A stretch of 64,000 nucleotides of DNA from the human T2T-CHM13v2.0 reference genome, Homo sapiens. Position 1 is the first letter of the stretch, and the number at the start of each line of letters is the position of its first letter. A model generated the notes under the pieces. That model saw only the letters and a program-made list of their open reading frames with translations. It did not search any database and had not been told where the DNA came from. The translations under genes were made by a program, and so were the position numbers. The DNA is taken from NCBI RefSeq assembly GCF_009914755.1, contig NC_060933.1; one strand, 5' to 3'. Below, in pieces: positions 25,635 through 47,759 of the stretch.

Positions 25635-27924
25635 AATAGCTGCAGGTAACCCTAATGCCAATAGTCCTACCTAAGATGATGTTGTCCTCACCCAGACAGG
25701 GAAATTGGTGTCAGGGAGCAGAGAAGTCCCAAAGAAAAGAACTCTATATACCTGGTATTTAAGGAGAGGAAGGAATTCCTTCCGGGTCCAAAAGATTATC
25801 CAGGGAGGGCAGAACATCAGGACAGGGAATGGAGGCCTGGAGCTGGCAGACAAAACTTAAGCAGGGAATGTCTTGTGCTAGAACAAACACTGCTCCATGT
25901 ACCCCCACAGTGGCTGGGTAACCACAGATCCTTGTGGAACGGGGTGTCTGGAAGAGGGTAGGGAGTGTTTCTTCTCTCATGTCCTCCCTCCCTTCCTAGA
26001 GAGACTCCATCAGGTTTATCAGCTTCCACCTACCTGCACACACCCAAAATTCCTCCAACAGAAAAGAAAGCAGGTGTGGTCCTCCCCAGCACATGCTGCA
26101 AAGGGAAGAATCTGTATGAAGAGCCTAATCACCATCATTTATTGAGCAGCTATTAAACATGGGGCACTTGCTTTACCTTCGTTTTCTTATTTAATCCTCA
26201 CAACAACACTATAAGGTAGGCACTATGATTATTCCCATTTAATAGGCTGTATCTTCTCAGGCTCAAAAGTAGTGCAGTTTGAAGAGAACTACACTAGAGC
26301 TCTGTAATTTTTATGAGTCAATCTTAATGACTCATCTATAAGTTCTTATTTATCCTCCTTTGGTGTAAATCTTTATTTCTTCACTTCTGAACTACTAGAC
26401 TGTGCCTACCTGGTCTTCTATCCTCCATCGTGTACATCCAATTCATCCTCATCCTCCACACAGAGCCACTGAAGCATAAGGTGAGCCAGCCTAGAGGCCT
26501 CACCACTGCTGCAAGGGGTTGGAGTAGCCAAAAACAAACACTTCTGTAGCTTAATACAAAAAACTGGGATTGAGAACACTCTAATAGTCATGCTTCATTC
26601 ATATTTTCAGTCAAATTTTCAGGTTTTTAAAAGGGAAAATGTGTTTTGGCATATTTAATCTTTAGAACACATTGAATATTGTCAACTACTTACTTAGAAT
26701 AACTTAAATCTACTATGATTGTGATTATGGTTGACTGTAACACATGAGTGATTTTTCCTGCCAGGAAGACTGCTCTAGAAGCCTTCTTATGACTTGGCAT
26801 CACTGAGTGACATTTGGTCAATTGAGGCCATAAACACTGTCATGTGATGGCCATTTTCTGAGGGATAGTTTGTTTCATAGCACTATCAGTACTCCACAGT
26901 AATGGAGTCATAGGCGGAGTAACACTTGATAAACAGCAAAGATGAGCTTTAAAAAAATTATCTTACACTTAATGACCAGCAATTAAAATAATAAAACAAG
27001 ATCCATAGCAACATTGTGCACAGGTCAGAGAAAATGTGACAAATAAAATTCTCATAATATTTTGTGAAAAAAACAAATAGGACTATATCTGGTCTCAAGT
27101 TTGACTTTTCTCTAGAATTTTCAAATCTTAGAACCATGCATATATCAATATAATATGTTGATGGGTTAAACACAAAAACGAATATGAATCGGTGGTTGAG
27201 ACATACCTAAGAGTGAGGATTCTGTTTCCTGATCACCTATCTCTATGAACCTCTGGCTTTCATTCTAGAAAAAAAAAAAAAAATCATTCCTTTTTTTTCT
27301 TGGAGAAATAAGCCAATACAAACAAATAAAGAAAAAAGAAAAAATCATTATTGAAATACAGAAAAGTCATTCTTAAAATCAATAACTTAATTTGACTTTT
27401 GCTAGGACAAATCTTTCCAATCTTCCTTGATTTCTCTTGACCTCTATGACATGTGTCCAAGTAGAAATTCTCCCCCTGCACCCCCGCACCTTGGTTTTAG
27501 AGATGTTGCCCTCTCTTCTTTCCTCTCTGACCACTCTTCTGCCTCCTACCATTTCTGTAACTTAAATGAGGTATTGGTCCTAGGTATGTGATAATAGTTT
27601 TCTTTCTCTCTTCTCCTTTAATAGCTCAAAAACTCCCCTTGCTTCAGTGGACATGTCCAGGCTAATAACTCTAAAATAAATATATTATTTCAGCCCCAAG
27701 ACTTCTCCAGCCTGAGAGTCCTATGTGCTAAACATTTGCAACAACCACTGAGTCCAGTTCGATAATTCTAAGCTTGCCTATGATTATTCTCACCAAATTA
27801 TCTTCCCATTCTCGTGTCCCTATTTCTAGTAATGATCCAATTACCCACCATCTTACCAAAACTTGAAACTTCAATATCATATTTTATTCAACTCTCTGTG
27901 TCATGGCCCCTTCCCAATCACTAG

Positions 27925-28634
<710 letters not shown>

Positions 28635-29109
28635 TCATTTTCAATTTTTTTTTTCATTCCTATTCTAGTTATCCTACTTCTGCCATTCAGCCCAAAATTT
28701 CTGGGTTACCATTATTTTCTCATAGATGGCATCCTTTGCTTTTCTCTATTTTTTTTTTTGTTTGTTTGTTGTTACCAAATGCAATTTTCTTAGAGCACCA
28801 CTTTGATAGTATCCTTCCTCTGATCCATAAGCTTCAACGACAGTATTATCATAAAGGTTTAGACTGGGGCTTCTCACATTTTAACATGGATACAAGTCAG
28901 CTGGGGCTCTTCCTAAAATGCAGATTGGGATTCCACTGGCCTGTGGTGAGTCCTGAGGGTCTGCATTCCCAGCTCCATGGGGGTGGGGGGTGGGGGTGAT
29001 GTTGATACTGCTGGTTATGGGCCACGTGTTGAAGATTTATGACCTTGGTCATGTTCAAGTCTCGTTTTCCTCATCTATCAAATGGGGAGAACAATAGCTG
29101 ATAACAGGC

Positions 29110-29780
29110 CTCTTGCCCTCACCTTTGCTGTCATTCAATCTATTCTCAATATAGCAGATAGAATGATTTTGTTAATGTGTAAGTCTGGTCATGTCCCTCC
29201 TCTGATCAAAGACTCCCAGTGCCTTCATTCTCACTCAAGTAAAGCGAAGTACTTACTTTGGCCTGCAAGGCCTATACGATCTGATCTATCCTTTACCTCC
29301 CTGACTGCAACTCCTAACATCCTCCTTCTTGCTTATTCCACTCCACCCTCACTGCCTTCTTTGCTGTTTTTAAAACAACAACAAGCTTCTTCCTTTAGGG
29401 TTTCCTCTTGCCTTTTATTATGTCTAAAATGCTCTTCCTCCAGATAGTTGCATGATATGCTCCCTCACTTTCTTTAAACTTGGACTTGAAGGTCATTTTC
29501 TCAGTCATATCTTCCTTAGCCATGCTATCTAAAACTGCAAACATCCCTCCTTCACCACCAGGTCCTCACATCCTCTTCCTTGCTTTATTTTTCTCGGTAA
29601 CATTTATCCATATCTAATATAGCAAATATTTTGCTTAGAGAATGTAAGCTCCAGGAGGGCACAGATTCTTGTTTCATTTAGTTATTCATACATTTCCATT
29701 TGTTTTATTTAGCTGATCCCTCAAGAACTAGAAAAGTGCCTGGTACATAAATAAATGTTTGTTAACTGAGAAATAAATGA
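29110..29780. mobile_element. L2 3' fragment
   Basis: GAATGTAAGCTCCAGGAGGGCACAGATT...AGTGCCTGGTACATAAATAAATG. Confidence 0.7.
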
Positions 29781-30402
29781 AGAATAATACCTACCTCAAA
29801 TGATTATTATGAGGATAATAAGATAGCACACATAAAGCATTTAACACAGTACTTTAAATAAAGTACCAAAATTATTTGATTCTAATTTAGTTATTTTTCA
29901 ATAATAAGATGGATGAATACATTGTGGTAAATTCATACTGTAGAATTCTATGAAGCCGTGGAAATAAATATTTATATGAATTAATATGGATACATCTCAG
30001 TAACATAATGTTGGGTAAAAGAAGCAATGCAAAATAAAATTATATATATATATATTTGTGTGTGTGTATGAGTATATGTATATATTTAACACACAAAAAC
30101 TAATCTAGACCAATGGACATCAGAATATTAATTACCTTTGTAGGTGGGAGGAGAGTGAGAGAATGCACGAAGCCGGCATCTGGGGTGCTCAAATGTTCAA
30201 TTACTTAATCTGGGTGGTGCTTACACAACATTTTCACTGCTTAAGAATTCATTGAATTATATACCCATGATTTGTATGCTTTTTGTGTATACGTTATATT
30301 TCAATTAAAATGTTTTCTTTAAAAATGAGAAAATGGTCTTTATGCTAGGAAACACTAAGCATAATTGAGGAGAGAGAAATTAATTGAAAGTTTATGTAAT
30401 AA

Positions 30403-31537
<1,135 letters not shown>

Positions 31538-31669
31538 TAATTTGCTTTTTAATGTGCAAATCTTAAATATGCTCAGATAGCCAAAGGCTACTGGATATTT
31601 TAGAAAAAATTTAATATGAAGTAAAGAAAACAAAGCAGGGAGGAAAAAATTGTCAAAAAATACATCATT

Positions 31670-32330
31670 CCTGTGAGACTACATCAAACAAAAAGCTTCT
31701 GCAGAGCAAAGGAAACAATCAACAAAATGAAAAGGTAACCTATTGATCAGGAGAAAATATGTGTGAACCATATATCTGATGAGTTAATATCCAAAATATA
31801 TAAGGAACCCACACAACTCAATAGCAAAATAATAATAATCATAACCTAATTTAAAAATGGGCAAAGACCTGAATAGACATTTCTCCAATGAAGACGTAAA
31901 AATGTCCAACAGGTAGGAAAATGCAAATCAAAACCACAATGAGATATCACTTCACACCTGTTAAGATGGTCATTACCAAAAAGGCAAAAGATAACAAGTG
32001 TTGGTGAGGATGAGGAAGTAAGGGACCGCTTCCACACTGTTGATAAGAATGTAAACTGTAAAAATGTAAATTTTTACATTTTACATAAAAATGTAAAAAT
32101 GTAAATTTTTAAGTAGTTTTGTAGAGACTCGATCTCACTATGTTGCCCAGGCTTGTTTCAAACTCCCGTCCTCAAGGGATCCTCTCACTTCTGCATCCCA
32201 AAGTGTTAGGATTGGAGGCGTGAGCCAAGTGCTCAGCCTATGTGGAATCTCAAAAGAGTTGAATACATAGAAACACAGAGTAGAACGGTGGTTCCCAGGG
32301 GCAGAGGAAGTAGACTGGAAATAGGGTGAT
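31670..32330 (+). mobile_element. L1M ORF2/3' fragments with a FLAM (minus, 32115-32238)
   Basis: AAAAAGCTTCTGCAGAGCAAAGGAAACAATCAAC...AAATGCAAATCAAAACCACAATGAG. Confidence 0.75.
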
Positions 32331-32336
32331 GTCGAT

Positions 32337-33610
<1,274 letters not shown>

Positions 33611-33614
33611 CATA

Positions 33615-33645
33615 TTAGGCTGGTGCAAAAGTAATTGCAGTGTTT
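33615..33645 (+). mobile_element. MADE1/Hsmar1 inverted-repeat half
   Basis: TTAGGCTGGTGCAAAAGTAATTGCAGTGTTT. Confidence 0.8.
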
Positions 33646-33654
33646 AAGTTCTGT

Positions 33655-33945
33655 GAGCTGCACAGTGGCTTGCACCTGTATTCCCAGTGCTTTGGGAGGC
33701 CAAGGTGAAAGGCTTACTTGAGGCCAGGAATTCGAGACTAGCCTGGGCAACATAGCGAGACTCCTGTCTCCACGGATAATGAAAAAATTAGCCAGACATG
33801 GTGGTTTGCACCTGTAGTCCTAGCTACTCAGCAGGCTGAGGCAGGAGGACTGCTTGAGTCCAGGAGTTCAAGGTTGCAGTGAGCTATGATTGTGCCATTG
33901 CACTTTAGCCTGGGTGATGGCATGACCCTGTCTTAAAAAAAAAAT
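33655..33945 (+). mobile_element. AluJ
   Basis: Consensus. Confidence 0.85.
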
Positions 33946-34831
33946 TAATTAATTTAATTAATTAATCTTCCAGAAAAATCTTCCAGAAAGTAGGGCAAAA
34001 GACAATAATTTGAAAAATAAATGGAAAAGCTATGAAAACTTGTAGACCAGCCCAAGAGTCCTAAGATAGAGAGAAGGGAAAAAACAGAGTCAAGGATATT
34101 ATCAAGAAATTGATTCAAGAAAATTTCCCAGCATATAAGTCTAAATTCTAAATTGAGCATCCATCACAATGGATGAAAAGGAATTCAAATTATTGTGAAA
34201 GTCTACAACAGTGGGAAAAAAAAAAGCCCCTATAAGCTTTTGTGATAAAAATGTCATACAAAACTGAAGAATCAGAAAAGTATTGGATAACTCAATGGCA
34301 ACATTGGAAACTAGGAGACAATGGTCCAGTGGCATCAAAAGTTTGAGGAAAAATTATTTCCAATGTAGAGTAACACATTCAGCTAGACAATAAAATGCAA
34401 AAGTGAATAAAAATATTTTCAGGTGTTCAGAACCTGAGATTTTCCTAACATTCTCACCTCTTAAGATTTACTAGAGGACTGGCTCCACAAAAACAATGGA
34501 ATAAACTGAAAATGGAAAGTATGGTGTTCAGGGAACAGGGGAGCCAATATGAGAAAAAGTAAAAAGAATCCACAGGGTGAGAGGGAAAGGAGGCCCCAAA
34601 ACAAGGGCTGTGCAGTAGGTGCAATGAGCAACTAGACAGAATTGAGCAGGCATGGAGAATGTGGGGAGATTTTCTTCAATAAGTTGCAAATGATAAAATA
34701 CCTAGAACATGTTGAAAATAATTTACTAATCGGGGTGGGGGGAGATTGGGCTTGAAATACTAGAAAATACATAGACAACTAAGCAAGTTAAAAAAAAAAA
34801 AAAACTAATTCCAGGAAAAGAATAATCATGG

Positions 34832-35199
34832 TGATATGGGTTGGCTGTGTCCCCACCCAAATCTCATCTTGAATTGTAGTTCCCATAATCCCCACATATC
34901 GTGGGAGGGACACAGTGGGAGATAATTGAATTACGGGGGCGGTTACCTCCATGGTGTTCTTGTGAGAGTGAGTGGGTTCTCAAAAGATCTGATGGTTTTA
35001 TAAGGGTTTTCCCCTCTTTTGCTTGGCACTTCTTGCTGCCACCATGTGAAGAAGGACATGTTTGCTTCCCTTCCACCATGATAGTGAGTTTCCTGAGACC
35101 TCCCCAGCTCTGTGGAACTGTGAGTCAATTAAACCTCTTTCTTTTATAAATTACCCAGCCTCAGGTATGTCTGTAACGGCATGATAACAGACTAATACA
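34832..35199 (+). mobile_element. THE1 solo LTR
   Basis: TGATATGGGTTGGCTGTGTCCCCACCCAAATCTCATC...GACTAATACA; 5-bp TSD CATGG/CATAG. Confidence 0.9.
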
Positions 35200-35560
35200 C
35201 ATAGTATATTACAATTTCCTATTCTGTGCGGATAAGGAATCTTAGTATACTACGTATTCTCCTGTGAGTAGCATTTTCATAATACTGAAAATCCTGAATA
35301 CGGAACTAGCCAAGGTTACAATATATCTATATGGAGAAATGTATGTGTGCGTATGTGTGGTGGGGGTGGCAAAAGGAGCTAAATTCTCAGCTTCCATGGT
35401 GAGTTATCAAAACAAAATACCTGAAGCTAACCAAGAAATAACAATAAAAACATGTTATTGAGGGATATAGAGCCATAAAATAAAATAATCAGCTGAAGGA
35501 ATTGAACCTTGAACAAGCCAAGCAACACATATAAAAATGAACTTTAAAAAATAACAGTGA

Positions 35561-36240
<680 letters not shown>

Positions 36241-36699
36241 CTAGAGGGCATTGGAAAATAAGAAATAAATACAAATTTAAAAGAGAAACATCTTGAGGTT
36301 TAGCAGTTTCTTCTATTTTATTTCAATTTCTTACCTTCTATTAAATTCAAGTAAAATTGCATGTAATACCTTTTATTTTAAGTGGCTTATTGCATGATAA
36401 GCCAATAAGCATTTTACAAAATTCTTTCTGTCTACCTTTCCTCTATGCATCTATATATTTCAATTCACCAATCCCTCTGTCCATCAAGAAGTTCTAGATG
36501 TGATGCTCATCTAGTGTTACTAAACATTACTTCTAAATTACAGTGATATCATAAAATTCTTTTTTGTATTTATCTGTGTTGCTTAAATTTTTACAAGTAT
36601 GTTTCTTTTCAGTAAAGTCAAAGCCATTCTATTTTAAAATATTAAGAGATTTCAAGCTCACAAAAGGTCACAAGAGTATGTTAAAACAACACAAGAGTG

Positions 36700-39440
<2,741 letters not shown>

Positions 39441-39945
39441 AAGGAGTGCTCTAAAAATCATGTGAATTTGGAAAAAAATAAATACAGGTTTAGCCACTTT
39501 CAAATATTAGTTCGATTTAACAAAAAAAATGATGAATTCAAATATATGTGTATACCTGTAGGTAAGAAGCAATAAGCCAAAATAATAACTGTGGTTGTCT
39601 CTGGGAAATGAGATTTTGATTTTTTCTATATCGTTTTGTGCCTTTGTAAATTTCCACAATGGGCACATATCATTTAAATAATCATAAAAACAGTATTCAT
39701 TATATAAAAAATTAATAAATAGATTAGTTAAGTACAGATAGAGAGTTATGTACTAGGTTAACAACTTTGCCTGCTAGACTTTACAAATGCTTGTTTAACA
39801 ATGGAACACAGTAATCAAAGAATACCCAGAAAGCTTAGGGTGGGAATGCTTTTAGACACTATTGAATACACCCACACTTTTGCACCTGCAGTTTTACAGG
39901 CTCAAATGAGAAAACCTATCATGTTAATAAAAATAAAAATATTGG

Positions 39946-40790
<845 letters not shown>

Positions 40791-42348
40791 TATAAAAACA
40801 AAATACAGGCAATAAAACATGAAAATATAGTTTATAAAAGATTTAGTTATTGGTCTAAGGAAACTGAAAAAGAGGACTAGTATTAAGTCCAGTCTAAGAA
40901 TGGAACTGTAAAAAAACAACACAAAACCCATTAGAAAAAAAAAAACTAGAAATTCTTCATCAAATTTAAAAAAAAAATAGTAACTCTGCAGACAGATAAG
41001 CCTTTATTAGCCTGTGGCAACTGTGTGTGAGGCGGTGAAATGACACACTAGGATAGACTCCAAAAGCAGCAGGGGAAGAGGGCCTTGCTTTTTTATCCTC
41101 TTAAGGTTTAAGGGGGTATTTTTTATTCATCTGCAAGGGGTTTATGGGAATTTTTCTGCTACAATTTGCATTTCTCCTTTAATAGTAATTTAAGGGTCAA
41201 AATCAAGCCCCTGGTAACCTTTGTATCTTGCATAATACCTAGAACTGTGCCTTGTACTTAAATGTTTATTAAATTGGAAAAGATCGGAAAGAGGCAAGAG
41301 GATCTTTAATGTCGATAGTCATCAACATTAAAGATATTTTAAACTTGATGAAGACTTCTGAATCTATCAGAAAACAGGTTAGAATGTCTGTCTTCAAGTC
41401 TTGATTCTGAAACGTAACCCCTGAGCCTGTTTAATTTTGGCTGTGTTTTTATTATGGTGTAGCTGACACCCCTTAGAAAGGTATACATACGTTTACTCAT
41501 CCTCAGATCCTGAAGCTAGGAATTAACAAATGGTTTTTGTGTTGGATTCTGGAATGGTTTCAATTCTTGTATGGTTTCTGTGAACCCAGGATGTGAAGGA
41601 TGGAAGCATTGTGCAAGTATTGTTCCCCCTTTCCTTTTGCTGGAGCTTTGGGGTAACCTGGGAAATTCAGTATTTAAGTGTCCAAGATGACATTAAGTGT
41701 AAAAACCTGAATTTATGGCAGATCCAAAAAAGAGAAAGCTCAACTCATTTTGTTCTTTTGTTACATCTAGCAGCACAGTGCATCAGGTTTCTTAGGAAGG
41801 AGCTGATACAGCCAGAGAATTCCCTAGGCTCTGTTTCTTTGGGCCATCCCTTAGACTTGGAAGCAATTTTCCTAAATACCATTTCTTATTTTTCTTTAGG
41901 ATTTTTTTTTTCTACTTCCTTCCAGGAAAGGATTTGAAGTAATTTTCAACATTCAACATAGTTTCAAATGAGATAATAAATACTATCACATATTAGTCAA
42001 AGCAAATAGTTGACATGAACAGAGAAATAAATGTTATAAAATACCTGAAATGAATAATCTAGTCGAATGTTTTGTTTTGAGAGGCCCAGTAATTAAAAGA
42101 GGAAATCGTCCTGGGATTTATTGTTTGCTGTTTATTGTTGTGGGGGAGGGCAGAGTAAAAACATAAAAATATCTTAAGAGAAATAATTTTTTCCGGCGCT
42201 GAAATTAAGGAGTCAGTTATTTCGTGGGTCCTGTTATAGAAGATATTATATAACACGATAGACAATGACTTCAGTCGGAGTTTGGCAAAAAGAAGCCTAT
42301 GCTGTCTTTCGGAAAGCACAGGAAAATAATAGAAAATCATATGTTTCT

Positions 42349-42695
<347 letters not shown>

Positions 42696-43081
42696 TTACT
42701 TTTCATAGAGAAAGCAGTCTTGGCATGACTAGGTAATATGTCCCCAGGACCAAGACTGACTTTCATCTGCCCCAAATTGAGGGCCACTCCATTTTCATAC
42801 GGCCACCATAGTGCTGGTAAATCCTTTATACAACTCTTGACTGAGACAAGGAAAAGACTCTGCTTTGTGTCAGAAAGCATGTGGACTTTGTTTTGTTCCC
42901 ATAGTTGCACCAAACTCATTTTGTTTAGCCCTGCAGAACAGCATGCATCTGGAGTTGGCTGAATGAGGTTTCAGTGATGCTCTCTGTCAAAATTAAATCT
43001 TTACCTGGCCTCATTTTCAGAGATCATAAACTGAGATATTCAACCCACATCCCATTGGCTTACAATTCCTAAAAGCAATAG

Positions 43082-43385
43082 TGGGTGCAGTGGCTCATGC
43101 CTATAATTTCAGTGCTTTGGGAGGCTGATGCAGGAGCACCGCTTGAGGCCAGGAGTTGAAGACCAGCCTGGCAACACAGCAAGACTCCCGTTTCTAAAAG
43201 ACTTTTTTAAAAAAAATTAGCTGGGTGTGGTGGTGTGCACCTATAGTCCTAGCTACTCAAGAGGCTGAGGTGGGAGGATCGCTTGAACTCAGGGGTTCCA
43301 AGCTGCAGTGAGCCATGACTGTACCTAACTCCATCCAGCCTGGGCAACAGAGTGAGACTCTATCACTAAACAAACAAACAAAAAA
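43082..43385 (+). mobile_element. AluJ
   Basis: Consensus. Confidence 0.85.
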
Positions 43386-44269
43386 ACAATAATAGCAGTA
43401 CTTCTTGTTAATGTCTAGTCTTTGAAGAGAACAGCAGAGGATGGGAAAGGCAGGTCTGAGTGGCGTAGAGCCTGACACCAGGGAGAGAGTTTCCAGGCTA
43501 ATAGCACAGGGTGTTACAAAATCACTAGTGAATTGTTAACCATTTTTTTGAAAAATGAAATAGAATAGAAAATAACAGAATACACTGCTCATGATAAAGG
43601 TAAATATTGGTTTGTGAAGCTTTTGTGGCAATTATTGGTGTGTAAGCATATATGTGTATATGTACTGTATATAATTATTTCTTATCATAGGTTGTAGTAA
43701 AAAAAACTTACAAGGTAAAGCATAATACTGGTAATGTAAAAATATAAAAAATAAAAATATTGTCTTCAATTTTTAATAAGCATTACAGAATTTTGTATTA
43801 ATGCTCTCTGTAATTCTGATAGTCACCATCTTTCATTTAAAGAGCAAGCCAATGTATTTTAATCAGTTGATTAAAAATATGAACTACTAGATGGAATAAG
43901 CTATGAATTCAATTGTTAAAATAAACATAGGACTGTTTAGGTTATCATTTGTTTCTTTAATATGTCTTGGCAGTTTCCACCTTTAAAAAAATTTGTCCAC
44001 TTGATCTAAGTACTCAAATACTATTTTTAAAATTCTAAATGTTAAAAGCAATACTATTTTTAAAATTCTAAGTGTTCAAAAGACTCATTAAGCCTTAGAA
44101 ATATTCTAATAAAATGTCCAGGAATAAGAAAATCTTGGACTAAAAACCAAAATGAGCAGGCAAACAAAAAACAGAATTAGCTTATTATAAGGACAAAATA
44201 ATAATGTTTATATGTATTACACTTATTCTAGTAGTCCAGAGAGGGATACATATATTTTTATATACTGTC

Positions 44270-46085
44270 CTTTTCATATATTGTTAGATTTGTCAATATT
44301 TTGTAGAGGATCTGTGTGTTTATGTTCATGAGGGATATTGTATTGATCTATAGTCTTCTTCTTCTTCTTCTTCTCCTTCTCCTTTTTTTGAGACAGAGTC
44401 TCCCTCTGTCACCCAAGCTGGAGTGCAATGGCGCCCAAGCTGGAGTGCAATTGACTCAACGTCCGCCTCCCAGGTTCAAGCGATTCTCCTGCCTCAGCCT
44501 CCTGAGTAGCTGGGATTACAGGCACACGCCACCACGCCCAGCTAATTTTTGTATTTTTAGTTAGAGACGGGGTTTCACCATTTTGGTTAGGCTGGTCTCA
44601 AACTTCTGATCTCATGATCCGCCCGCCTTGGCCTCCCAAAGTGCTGGGATTACAGGAGTGAGCCACCGCGCCCGGCCGCTTTCTTCTTCTTGTAATATGT
44701 TTGTCTGGATTTGGTATCAAAGTAATGCTGGTTTCCCGAAGTGAACTAGAAAGTAATTCCTACTATTTTTCTGAGAAATAGTACATTTCCTCCTCAAATG
44801 TTTGGTGGAATTTTCCAGTGAAATTATATGAGTCTGGAGTTTTATTGTTAGAAGATTTTAAGCTATGAATTCAATTTTTAAAATAAACATAGGACTGTTC
44901 AAGTTATCTATTTGTTTCTTTAATAAGTCTTGGCAGTTTACACCTTTAAAGAAGTTTGTCCACTCAAATTTATAGGAATAAAGTTGTTTGTAATATCTGG
45001 GACACCAATGACATGAATATTGTACATTTTGATATTGTCTTAAAGGTTGATGAGGGTCTGTTCATTTTTAAATCTTTTTTCTTCCTGTTTTTCAAATGGT
45101 TTTCAAATAATTTCTATTGGCCTATTTTCAAGTTCACCGATTTTTCCTGTCTTCCTAATTCTGCTGTTTAGCACATGTACTGCATGTACTGAATCTTTTA
45201 CCTATTGTAATTTTTTCTTCTCAAATTGCCATTTGATTTTTTCTTATAGTTGATTTTTCTGAAAAATCATATCTTTTCATTTTTATTTTCTTTATGGATT
45301 ATAAATCGCTTTAAAATCTTTGATAATTCTAACATTTGTGTCATCTTGAGTTTGGCATCTATTGATTGCCTTTTCCCTTGAAAACTAGTCACATTCTCCT
45401 AATTCTTTGTGTGTCAAGTATTTTGGATTTTGTCCTGGACATTTTGAATATTATGTTGTGAGAATCTGGGTCTTTTTAAAATCCTCTGGAGAATATCGAT
45501 TTTTAAATGAGTAATCAGCCCAGTTAGGTTCAGGCTTTAAGTTCTGTCTGTTCTTCTGTGAACACGGTTCTAACGTCACTTAAGTTTTCAAAGCCTTGGC
45601 TATGCTGCCTTGGGACTGTCCCACACATGTATCACCCTCTGGCGTTAGTATGGAGCTTGGGCAGAAGTTTATATTGCAGTTTAGTTCTCAAAGGCTTCGC
45701 TAGGTGGCTTTCAATCTGTCTCCTGTATCTGTACCTCAGGGATGAGGCTGGGACCATTGCCAGTTTATACACAGAATCATGGGACCCGTAATCCAGTCCT
45801 CTCTGCTCCAGAATTCCTCCTGCTCTCTCTTGCTCAAAGTAGTTCCCCCTTTCTTGGTCTCCTGGCCAAAAAAGATAGGTTTTTATCAATTTCTGCTGTT
45901 CATACTGCCCACTGCATTTCTGCTAGATGCTCACTCTTGCTTCAGAGCTGGGAGAGACAGGAAAAAAAATGAAACCAGAAAACTGAACTCTACATGAGTT
46001 TCTTTGCCCAGTTCGACTTCCATTCCCAATCCAATAATGCTTTCATTTACTTTTCAGAGACTACTGGTGTACTCTAGCCAGAGCT
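44270..46085 (-). mobile_element. Old L1M fragments with an Alu (minus, 44355-44677)
   Basis: TTCATGAGGGATATTG...GGTATCAAAGTAATGCTGG...AAATGTTTGGTGGAATT, L1 antisense motifs. Confidence 0.65.
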
Positions 46086-46089
46086 TTTA

Positions 46090-47325
<1,236 letters not shown>

Positions 47326-47759
47326 TGTTTTTGTCTTTGATTTCCCTTGAGTTGGCCAGACTCTGTCTCTTAAGGAAAAAAAAGTCACAAAGCTGAAATT
47401 AAAGCACCAGCTAGTTTGTGTTCTTTTCTGGAGCCTCTTGAGAAGAATACACTTTCAAGTTCATTTATTTTATTGGCTGAATCTAGATCTTTGAAATTGT
47501 AGGGCTGAAGTTCCTGTTTCTTTGCTGACTGGCCGCTAGGAATCTCTCAGCTCCTAGAAACCACTCTCAGGTTTTTGTCCCCTGGCTCCTTCCATCTTCA
47601 AAGCCAGCAGGGGAATTACTTTCACATCAAATCCCTTGCACATTGTGCCTCTCCCTGTCTTCCTGTCTCTGACCACTCCATCCTTATTGAAAGGGCTCAT
47701 GTGATTAGATTAGATCCACCTGGATAATCTCCCTATCTGAAGGTCAACTGGTTTGGGAC

